Both the position numbers and the translations under genes were made by a program. Below, one piece after another: positions 38,235 through 46,134 of a DNA stretch of 64,000 nt; the first letter of the stretch is position 1; each line of letters begins with the position of its first letter. Location: positions 2,513 to 66,512 of the forward strand of contig CALQBK020000002.1 of assembly GCA_943328795.2 (NCBI GenBank), written 5' to 3'. Source of the DNA: Bifidobacterium breve (GTDB lineage Bacteria > Myxococcota_A > UBA796 > SXON01). The notes beneath the pieces were generated by a model. The model had not been told where the DNA came from. It made no database searches and saw only the letters and a program-made list of their open reading frames with translations.

Positions 38235-39452
38235 CTAGCCCGGCCGAGGGGTGATGCTCGGCGCGCCGGGCGGGCGGATGGGTTTTGAGCCCGGGGCGCC
38301 GGGCGGGCCCTTGGGCGGCTTGTCGCCGCCCGGGGGCTTCGTCAGCGCGGGCGGCGGCTTCGAAGGCTTGGCCTTCTCAGGCGGCACGCGGCCCTCGATG
38401 ATGTCGTCGACATCGGACGTGGCGTCCTCCGACGGGCCCTTCGAGAGCTTGACGAGCCCGCGCACGAACTCGCCTCGCGCATACCAATCGTCGCCGTCAC
38501 GCAGCACGTGGATGGTCTGCTCAGGCTTGCCCTCGGCGCGCAGCGTCAGGTCGAACGCGGCGACCAGGGTGGCCGGCTCCGCGCCCTCCTGCACGTAGGC
38601 GGTGGACTTGAGCTTCAGCGCGCTGTCGACCCAGTTTGCGAACGTGACGTCCTTGTCCGTAGTGGCAGGTGCCTCCGCAACGGGGTCAACGGGTGCGGCC
38701 GGGTCAGCCGGCGCGGCCTCCGGCACGGCGGGCGCACCGCCCCCGTCCCGGGACCAGTAGGCAGCGGCCTTGTCGCTGGTGTTCTTGTGCGTCCACGACA
38801 CCGTGCTCGCGCCTTGACCGAGCGAGGCCCCAACGATCTCCTCGGGCTTAAGGTCGGTGAGCGAGCGCTCGGGGAGCCGCGTCGCCGCGAACTTGAGCGA
38901 CTTGAACACCTCGTCGTCCACCACGTAGATGTGGCCCGACGCGGCGTCCTTGACGTAGCGATCCTTGGTGCCGTAGGTCTCGCCGCCGAGCGCGAGCGTA
39001 CGCTCGGTGCCGTCCAGCGTGACCGCCAACGTGGTGTCCGGCGCCGTGAGGCCGAACGCCTCCATCTTGTCGGCGGGCACGTCATCCAGCGAGCGCACCG
39101 CCATCAGCGGGGCCAGCCCGTCCACGAGCTTGTCCGCGGCGCTGCCCGCCTTGAACTTCGTGACCTTCTTCTCGGAGGTCTCGGTGAACTCACCGGGCTT
39201 GTCCGGGTTCGGGGTCTTCTTCTTCTTGTTCTCGGTGACCGTCACCCACCCGTAGGAGCCGAGGCCGTCGCTGCGGACCTCGTACTCGACCGTGAGGTCG
39301 GGGGACTGGTACACGGCCTTCTGCAGGTCGGTCTTCTTCCCCTCGAACAGGACGGTGCCGACACGGGGCTTCTCTTCACCCTCCGTGTAGTGCATCCAGG
39401 ACAGGCTCATCGTGATGAGCAGGATCCCACCAAACAGCGCAACGGATCTCAT
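38235..39452 (-). CDS. DUF4340-like protein (operon 1) with Pro/Lys-rich tail
   Basis: N-terminal TM anchor, repeated beta-rich modules (FGLTAPDTTLAVTLDGTERTLALGGET...YVVDDEVF) like its paralog at 56608-58161. ATGA overlap with the upstream gene. Confidence 0.72.
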   Translation of the reverse strand: MRSVALFGGILLITMSLSWMHYTEGEEKPRVGTVLFEGKKTDLQKAVYQSPDLTVEYEVRSDGLGSYGWVTVTENKKKKTPNPDKPGEFTETSEKKVTKFKAGSAADKLVDGLAPLMAVRSLDDVPADKMEAFGLTAPDTTLAVTLDGTERTLALGGETYGTKDRYVKDAASGHIYVVDDEVFKSLKFAATRLPERSLTDLKPEEIVGASLGQGASTVSWTHKNTSDKAAAYWSRDGGGAPAVPEAAPADPAAPVDPVAEAPATTDKDVTFANWVDSALKLKSTAYVQEGAEPATLVAAFDLTLRAEGKPEQTIHVLRDGDDWYARGEFVRGLVKLSKGPSEDATSDVDDIIEGRVPPEKAKPSKPPPALTKPPGGDKPPKGPPGAPGSKPIRPPGAPSITPRPG

Positions 39453-41290
39453 GACTGGTTCCCCTTGGAGCGGCGAGCCCGGACGCGCAGCATGCCGCCG
39501 AGAAGGACGAGCGCGGGCACCCCGAGGCTGGTCCCGTAGAACCACATGGCCTCGCCCTCCTTCGTGTGTTGGATCTTGATGTCCTCCTCGGTCTCGGTCT
39601 CCCCGGTGAGCGCAGGGTCCTGCGTCAGCCAGCCGACGGTGGACACGAGGTACACCGCGTTCGCCTGGTTCCGCAGGATGGCGTTGGACATCCACGTAGC
39701 GTCGCCCACGGTCGCGGCGCGCCACTCTTTCCCGCCGTCAGCGGGGCCGCTCGCGACGCTCGCGATCTCCCAGCCGCCGCGCTTCTCGCCGGCCATCGCT
39801 ACGGTGCCGTCGGCCGCGGGCTTCGGGTCCTTGTCGAACTCGAAGTTGCCGTTGGTGTCGGCCCACCACTCGGGCATGCCCTTCAGGATGTTGGTGACCT
39901 TGCCCGGGTGGTCTTGCAGCTCGGCGATGCTCCCGACCCCCGGCGCGATGAACGTGGCCTGCGCGGCGTTCTTCGACAGCGTGGTGACGGACTCGTGCGA
40001 GCTGTACTTGTTGCTGCCGACGAATGCGCGGTCGCCCGGCCCGCCGGTCACCTTCAAGTAGGACTTGTCGGAGAGCAGCGGCAAGTCCCCGAAGCCGACG
40101 CCGGCCAGCGCCGCCACGGCGGGGTCGCTGATGTCGTCCGGCCCGGACGCGGGCTCCATGCTGATGAACAGCGCGCCGCCGCGGTCGCGGTAGTCTTGGA
40201 GCGCCTTGATCTCCTCGGGGAGGAACAGGCGCTTCGGGCCGACGATGAACACCATCGCGGCGTCGTCCGGAACGGCCTGGGCGAGCCCGGAGCCTGCGCC
40301 GAGCTCCTTCACCTTCAGGTTCAGGCCCTCGAGGAGGGTCTTCGCCATCGCGATGTTCCCGAAGTCATTCGCGGCGTTCTTCCAGTACAGCTCCTCGTGG
40401 CCGACGGTGAAGTACACCGTGCGCTTGTCGCGCGCGATCTTCAAAAGGGCGGTCTGCACCTTGCTGTCGAGCTTGCGCAGGTCCTTCCGGGCCTTGTCGA
40501 TGTCGTCGTCGAGCTTGATGGACTCGGTCTGCTCGTCGTCGCCGGTGCCCTTCACGAGCACGATGGTGCCGTTGTCCTTGACCTTCCAGGCCTTGGCCTG
40601 TTCGGGGTCCATCGTCTGGTCCATGACCTCGATCGACAGGTTCGCGCCGGCCAAGTCGTCGAAGTACGGGCGGACCTCGCGGAGGACCTCGCTCGTGGGC
40701 GGGAAGAACAAGACGACCCGAAGCGGCTCGGCGAGGCTGTCCACCGCGGCGCGCGTAGAGGTCCCGACCGCGGTGGTCTTGAAGAAGCCGAAGTCCCAGC
40801 GCTTGTTGTTCTCGGTGGCCAGGTAGTTGATCGGGAAGAGCATCGCGAGGCCGAGGGCGACCGCGAGGCCGCCTTCCAGGGCGTTCCGCAGGCGGCCGGG
40901 GTGGACGCTGTGGGGGCTCGCGGAGAGCGTCGAGTCAATCGCGAAGGCCGGCAGGGCGCCGACCAGCCAAACGAGCGGCACGAGCGCCTGGAGGCCCACC
41001 TGGACGTGCCCGGCGGTCTCGAGCGAGAGCCCGAGCATCCCGACCGAGTCCTTGAGGGACGCGACGTACACGACCCCGGAGGACATCGACACGACGAAGA
41101 AGCCGACCGCGAGCCGTGTCGCCGACGGGTGGCGTCCCCAGCTGGAGGCGCGCGACAGGATCGCGGCTGCGGCCAACGCGAGCCCGAGCAGGATCAGCGG
41201 CCACCGGACGGCGTCGTTGCCGGAGAACATGCGCTCGGCGCAAAAGACCGAGAGGCTACCGACTAGGTAGAGGATGCTGGGGGTGCTCAT
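39449..41290 (-). CDS. GldG-like ABC transporter auxiliary protein (ABC_transp_aux) with extra N-terminal multi-TM region
   Basis: VVLFFPPTSEV..., TVYFTVGHEE..., AMVFIVGPK..., C-terminal TM anchor. ATG 41290 overlaps the permease stop (ATGA). Confidence 0.8.
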   Translation of the reverse strand: MSTPSILYLVGSLSVFCAERMFSGNDAVRWPLILLGLALAAAAILSRASSWGRHPSATRLAVGFFVVSMSSGVVYVASLKDSVGMLGLSLETAGHVQVGLQALVPLVWLVGALPAFAIDSTLSASPHSVHPGRLRNALEGGLAVALGLAMLFPINYLATENNKRWDFGFFKTTAVGTSTRAAVDSLAEPLRVVLFFPPTSEVLREVRPYFDDLAGANLSIEVMDQTMDPEQAKAWKVKDNGTIVLVKGTGDDEQTESIKLDDDIDKARKDLRKLDSKVQTALLKIARDKRTVYFTVGHEELYWKNAANDFGNIAMAKTLLEGLNLKVKELGAGSGLAQAVPDDAAMVFIVGPKRLFLPEEIKALQDYRDRGGALFISMEPASGPDDISDPAVAALAGVGFGDLPLLSDKSYLKVTGGPGDRAFVGSNKYSSHESVTTLSKNAAQATFIAPGVGSIAELQDHPGKVTNILKGMPEWWADTNGNFEFDKDPKPAADGTVAMAGEKRGGWEIASVASGPADGGKEWRAATVGDATWMSNAILRNQANAVYLVSTVGWLTQDPALTGETETEEDIKIQHTKEGEAMWFYGTSLGVPALVLLGGMLRVRARRSKGNQS

Positions 41291-42012
41291 TCCCACCTCC
41301 GTGCGATCAAGGAGCGCGTAGCGAGCAGCAGGAACGCGAAGCTGACCGAGGCGAAGAACACGACGCCCTCGGTGTTGATCCTTCCTTCCTGGAAGGGCTG
41401 GAACTGCTTGTCGAAGAATGCCATGTACGCGAACAACCCCTTGAACGGCGGGTCAAGGACCCGCGAGAGCATCCAGCAGAGCACGAAGAACAGGGTGCCC
41501 GCCGCGCCGATGATCAGCGCCACGAGCTGGTTCCGGCTGATGGACGAAGCCCACGTGCCGATGGCGATCCCGGTGGCGCCCAGCAGCGTGACCCCGAGGT
41601 ACCCGACGGCGATCTGCTCGGGGCTGACCTTGCCGTTCACGAAGATCATCGCGGGCATGTAGGCGGTCAGCACCAGGAAGAGGGCGAGGAACATCAGGCC
41701 CGAGAGGTACTTGCCGAGCACCGACTGGAGCTCGGAGAGCGGCGAGGACTCGAGCAGCACGATGGTGCCGGTCTGCCGCTCCTCCGCGAACAGCCGCATG
41801 GTGATCGCGACGCCCGCGAACAGCACGATGCCGCCGGTCAAGAAGAAGAAGTCCGTGAGGACCTCCGCCGACAACCGCGCTGTCGACGACAGCGCGAACG
41901 CGTTGAACAGCACCCCGTCCACCAGCAGCGCCAGCGACAGGATCAGCCAACCCCACATGGTGTTGATGAACGCCGAGAAGTCGCGGCGCGCGATCAGCCA
42001 GATACCGCTCAC
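41287..42012 (-). CDS. ABC-2 type transporter permease (GldF-like)
   Basis: Six hydrophobic helices, FAEERQTGTIVLLESSP motif. GTG overlaps the ATPase stop (GTGA 42009-42012). Confidence 0.85.
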   Translation of the reverse strand: MSGIWLIARRDFSAFINTMWGWLILSLALLVDGVLFNAFALSSTARLSAEVLTDFFFLTGGIVLFAGVAITMRLFAEERQTGTIVLLESSPLSELQSVLGKYLSGLMFLALFLVLTAYMPAMIFVNGKVSPEQIAVGYLGVTLLGATGIAIGTWASSISRNQLVALIIGAAGTLFFVLCWMLSRVLDPPFKGLFAYMAFFDKQFQPFQEGRINTEGVVFFASVSFAFLLLATRSLIARRWE

Positions 42013-42950
42013 TGTGCACTCTCCTTCGTGAGTCCGAGGAAGATCTGCTCGAGCTCCCCTTCGTCTTCCACCAATCGACGAACCCCTACGCCCGCCTGGG
42101 TCAGCGCCACGACCAGCGCTTCCCGGCCGTCCCCCGAGGTGCTCGCCCCGAGCGTGACGTGCGCGCGAGTGAGCCCACCGGCCTCTTCCCGCGTGTCCGA
42201 AGCGACGACGCCGGCGATCGCAAACGCCCTCGCGATGGCGTCCGCGCTGCCGCGCAGCAACGCCGTGACCCGCCCGCCCCCGCCCGCCCGGGCGGCCAGC
42301 TCCGCCTCGGTCCCGGCGGCGACGATCTTGCCGCCGTTGAGGACGATCAGGCGGTCGCAGGTCTCGGAGATCTCCGAGAGGATGTGCGAGCTGATGATGA
42401 CGGTAGCGTCCTTGGCGAGGTTTCGGATGACCTGCCGCATCTCGACGATCTGCTTCGGGTCGAGCCCGGAGATGGGCTCGTCGAGGATGACGACGCTCGG
42501 CTTGTGGATGATCGCCTGGGCGATGCCGCAGCGCTTGCGGTAGCCGTGGGACAGTTCGCCGATCACCTGGTGCTGCCGGGCCGTCAGCTGCGCCGTGGCC
42601 AGCACCGCGTCGAGCCGTGCGTTCACCGCGCTCGCGGCCATGCCCTTGAGCTGGCCGCAGTAGCCGACGAACTCGCGGACGGTCATCTCTTTGTAGAGCG
42701 GCGGGTCCTCGGGCAGGTACCCGATGCGGGCCCGGAACTGGGCGCCGGCGTTCACGAGGTCGGCGCCGTCGATCGTGACCGTCCCGCCCGTGGGCACCAG
42801 CAGGCCGGCGAGCACCTTCATCGTCGTGGACTTGCCTGCGCCATTGAGGCCCAGCAGGCCTACGCACTCGTTCTGCTGAATCGTGAACGAGAGCCCCTCG
42901 ACTGCGCGGCGGTCGCCGTACCAGTGCGAGAGGCCTTCAACCGTGATCAT
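42009..42950 (-). CDS. ABC transporter ATP-binding protein (GldA-like)
   Basis: Walker A GLNGAGKST, signature LSHGYRKR, Walker B VVILDEP. About 90-aa C-terminal extension. Confidence 0.94.
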   Translation of the reverse strand: MITVEGLSHWYGDRRAVEGLSFTIQQNECVGLLGLNGAGKSTTMKVLAGLLVPTGGTVTIDGADLVNAGAQFRARIGYLPEDPPLYKEMTVREFVGYCGQLKGMAASAVNARLDAVLATAQLTARQHQVIGELSHGYRKRCGIAQAIIHKPSVVILDEPISGLDPKQIVEMRQVIRNLAKDATVIISSHILSEISETCDRLIVLNGGKIVAAGTEAELAARAGGGGRVTALLRGSADAIARAFAIAGVVASDTREEAGGLTRAHVTLGASTSGDGREALVVALTQAGVGVRRLVEDEGELEQIFLGLTKESAQ

Positions 42951-43087
42951 GGGGATTCCGGGTACAGGGGAAGAATGCGGACAAGCGGTGAGCTGAGTGA
43001 GCCCCGGGGCTGTCGCGGGCTGGCCAATTAGTCGAACCACCGGGAGCCGCAAGGGCTGGCCCTGTCATGACGTGTTTAATCTCGCGC

Positions 43088-44101
43088 CTAGGCGCTCGCC
43101 TGCACCCACGCGCGGAGCATGCCGACGCCGCTCCGGACGTGCGGTGCCGGGTCCCGAGGGTTGTACCATCGAAAGTATGCGTGGAGGTCTGCCGGGCTCT
43201 GCAGCCCCGACCGCGTGGTCTCGACCAGGAACGCCGGGATGCCGAACTCGCCGTACACGTGGTCGATCTCCATGCCCTGGCCGCGGAAGAAGAAGCCCCA
43301 GCGCGAGAGTTGCCTCGGCCGATACGCGTGGGGGCCCATCCCCGCCTGCATGGCCTCGCCGATGGCCTGCAAGCGAGGCCAGTCCGCGGCGCGCTCCCAC
43401 CGCCCGGCCCACGGGTAGTAGATGAACCCCCCGAAGCTGTGCAGCGAGACGAACCCCGAGAACGGGATGTCCCCGGCGGCCGAGTGGGCGCGCAGCAGCG
43501 CGTCGATCGCGCGGGTCTCGGGCTGGGACAGCGGGGCAGGCGACGTCGCGTACCGCGAGGGGAGCAGGTACCGCCAGGCAGCGTGGCTGTCCCGGTTCAC
43601 CGCCCAGTCGCGGTTCAGGTCGACGTGGTCGTGGTTGCCGCGCCGGTAGACGTTGCGGCCGGCCAGCAAGTCCGCCTCGACCTTGCGGCGCCCGTCGACG
43701 TTCACGACGGGGACCACGACCACCTCTACGCCGGGCTCAGGGCGCGCTGCGTAGTCCAGCAGGAACGCGAGGGCGTCCTCCGTCGGGATCCACTCCAGCG
43801 CGTGGATGTTGGCGATCAACAAGAGGCGGCGGGTGACCGGCGACGCCGGGTCGTGCACCGCGTAGCCGCGGATCGGTGCCCCCTCCAGGGTGCAGCCGAC
43901 CACGAACGGGTGGACGACGCCGGGCGAGCGGGTGACCACCGCGTCGATCGCTGCGTACACCTCGGCGGCGAAGTGGTACGCGGGCTCGGGGTGCGGGGTG
44001 ACCGGGCGCTCTACCGGGGACGCCGCGCAGGCCGAGTCCGCGGGAGGGGCGGGCGCGGGGCTGGCCCGGGCCAACGCGACCCCGAGCAGCCACGCGATCA
44101 A
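43088..44101 (-). CDS. M14 family zinc carboxypeptidase, secreted
   Basis: HALEW (HxxE), NVDGRR, DLNRDW, SLHSFG. TTG start overlaps the upstream stop (TTGA 44098-44101). Confidence 0.86.
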   Translation of the reverse strand: MIAWLLGVALARASPAPAPPADSACAASPVERPVTPHPEPAYHFAAEVYAAIDAVVTRSPGVVHPFVVGCTLEGAPIRGYAVHDPASPVTRRLLLIANIHALEWIPTEDALAFLLDYAARPEPGVEVVVVPVVNVDGRRKVEADLLAGRNVYRRGNHDHVDLNRDWAVNRDSHAAWRYLLPSRYATSPAPLSQPETRAIDALLRAHSAAGDIPFSGFVSLHSFGGFIYYPWAGRWERAADWPRLQAIGEAMQAGMGPHAYRPRQLSRWGFFFRGQGMEIDHVYGEFGIPAFLVETTRSGLQSPADLHAYFRWYNPRDPAPHVRSGVGMLRAWVQASA

Positions 44102-44718
44102 CGACGAAATTCCAGCGTGAGCGCGGCCTCCGGGGCCACGATGACGCTGACCTGGTACCCCGTCTCGAGCGTCGACTGCGCGCGGTGCACCGCGATCGCC
44201 CCGCGCACGCCGAGGGTGACGCTCGCGGGCTCCCCGAGTCGGTAGCCGGCCCCGAGGCCGAGTCGCCCACCAACCCCCCCGATGCGGGCGCGGAGCTCGC
44301 CCGACGCCTCGTCGGCGCTGGCCTGATCCTCCTCAGTGTACGCCTCGGACGTGTCGTTGGCGCTCGGCAAGATGCCGTAGAGCCCGACGTCCCCGTACAT
44401 GTCCACCTTGCCCGGGCCAGCCGTCGCGCCGGGCAAGTAGCGGCGGTAGTCAACCCCGAGCCGCGTCGCGCCGAGGCCCTCGGCGGAAGGCGTGTCCGAC
44501 CACGTAGCGGTCGAGAAGCGCACCATCGCGAAGTCCACCAGGATGGCGTCGTGCTTGTCGTACCAGCCCGCGTACACGGTGAGCGGCGGGCGCAGGATGC
44601 CGTCGTACTCCCCGGCGAGCGTGCCGGAGAGCTGGTCGGCGTCCGACCACGCCAACGCGCCGACGCCCGTCGGGATGAACGCCCCGCCGAGCATCACGTG
44701 CCAGAGCGCGGGCGACAC
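44098..44718 (-). CDS. Hypothetical beta-rich (barrel-like) protein
   Basis: Alternating hydrophobic strands, Gly/Tyr-rich, ends ...ALTLEFRR. GTG start immediately after the upstream TAG. Confidence 0.5.
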   Translation of the reverse strand: MSPALWHVMLGGAFIPTGVGALAWSDADQLSGTLAGEYDGILRPPLTVYAGWYDKHDAILVDFAMVRFSTATWSDTPSAEGLGATRLGVDYRRYLPGATAGPGKVDMYGDVGLYGILPSANDTSEAYTEEDQASADEASGELRARIGGVGGRLGLGAGYRLGEPASVTLGVRGAIAVHRAQSTLETGYQVSVIVAPEAALTLEFRR

Positions 44719-46125
44719 CTACCCGCCGAGCCGCTGGACGCCCGCCATCGGGACAGCGAGCCCCGGCTTGAGCGCGAGGGCCTTCTTGTACGCGGTCATC
44801 GCCATGTCGACCTGGTGGATCGCCTCGTACGCCTGGCCGAGCTCGGTCCACGCCCCGTAGTGCTGCGGGAGCAGCGTCGTGGCGTTCCGGAGCGCGCGGA
44901 TCGCGATGTCGGGGCGGTCGAGCGCGACCGCGGACTCGCCGAGCCCAAGCCACGCGTAGCCATTGCAGGAGTCCATCGACAGGGCCGCCCGGTACTTCTG
45001 GATGGCGCTCGCGGCGTCCTTCCCAAGCCGGAGGTCGTCCCCGGCCATCACCTGCTTGCGTGCTTCACCGCGCAGGACCTCGATCGGCGCCTCGCAGTCG
45101 TCAGGCGGGTCGCGCGGGAGGCCCTGCGTGAGCTGGGCGACAGCATCGAGCTTCGGGGCGCTGGAGGTGGGCGGCGGGGTGTTGTACGCCGACGGCGCGA
45201 CCGGGACAGGCGCGGGGTCGGGGGTGTAGGTCGACGTGGCGCTCGGCGACCACGACTGGGTCGGCGCGGGAGCGGGGAGCACGGGCCCGACGACGCCCCC
45301 GACGATGCCGGGCGTGACGGGGTCTGCCGAAGGGGTGTTGAGCGAAGCGTCCGACTCGCCGCGTAGCTCCGCGAGGATCTCGTCATCGTCGAGATCGTCG
45401 AACAGGATGCCGGTGCTCTTCGGCTTGGGCTTGGGCGCCGGCGGGGCCGGGGCCGCGACGGGCGCGGCGTAGGTCGACGCGGGCGCGGCGTAGGTCGACG
45501 TGGGCGCGGGGTAGGACGAAGCAGGGGCGGCGTAGGACGACGCGGGCGCGGCGTAGGATGACGCGGGGGCGGCGTACGCCGGGGGCGTTGCCGTCGGGGC
45601 TTGCGCGCCGGCGACCTGCACGTTCAGCGAGCGACCGGCGACGACGACGGTGACCGTACCGGCTGGGGTTGGGGCGGCGGCGACGGGGGTCGGTGCAGTG
45701 GGCGACCCGCCCTTGGGGGCCGGGGCCGCGCGGAAGGCCGCGGCCGCAGGCGGCTGGCCCGTCGCGCAGACCGACACGTGACCGGCCTCGTCGTCGAAGC
45801 AGAGCCCGGACGGCAGCTGGCAGCTCTGCGCGAAGCAGGACCACTGCGCGGAGGAGGACTTCGCTACATCGCCGCCGCTCGGGACCGACGAGAAGAGGGT
45901 GGTGCGCCCGTCGTCGAAGAACCCGCGCCCGTCACAGGACACCACGTGAAGCCCCGACGCTCGCCAGCCCGCTCCCTCCTTGGAGACCCGGGTGGCCTCG
46001 CCGACCACGTACAGCTCCGTAGAGCACCCGGAGAGCCCGGCGTCGCGGCAGCAGCTACTGCACGTGTCGGCGTTCGAGCCGGCGAACGCGGCGGACGAGA
46101 GGAGCAGCAGCGGGAGCAACGTCAT
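44719..46125 (-). CDS. Secreted protein: Cys-rich N-domain, Pro/Ala/Tyr heptad repeats, C-terminal TPR
   Basis: Signal MTLLPLLLLSSAAFA; 13 Cys in the first about 120 aa; YAAPASS x5-6; KPKPK; TPR-like AIQKYRAALSMDSCNGYAWLGLGE...AYKKALALKP. Confidence 0.72.
   Translation of the reverse strand: MTLLPLLLLSSAAFAGSNADTCSSCCRDAGLSGCSTELYVVGEATRVSKEGAGWRASGLHVVSCDGRGFFDDGRTTLFSSVPSGGDVAKSSSAQWSCFAQSCQLPSGLCFDDEAGHVSVCATGQPPAAAAFRAAPAPKGGSPTAPTPVAAAPTPAGTVTVVVAGRSLNVQVAGAQAPTATPPAYAAPASSYAAPASSYAAPASSYPAPTSTYAAPASTYAAPVAAPAPPAPKPKPKSTGILFDDLDDDEILAELRGESDASLNTPSADPVTPGIVGGVVGPVLPAPAPTQSWSPSATSTYTPDPAPVPVAPSAYNTPPPTSSAPKLDAVAQLTQGLPRDPPDDCEAPIEVLRGEARKQVMAGDDLRLGKDAASAIQKYRAALSMDSCNGYAWLGLGESAVALDRPDIAIRALRNATTLLPQHYGAWTELGQAYEAIHQVDMAMTAYKKALALKPGLAVPMAGVQRLGG
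45461..45586. repeat. 21-bp tandem repeat, about 6 units, coding (YAAPASS heptads)
   Basis: ggcgcggcgtaggtcgacgcg and close variants tile 45461-45586 head to tail. Confidence 0.9.
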
Positions 46126-46134
46126 TCTCTTTTG

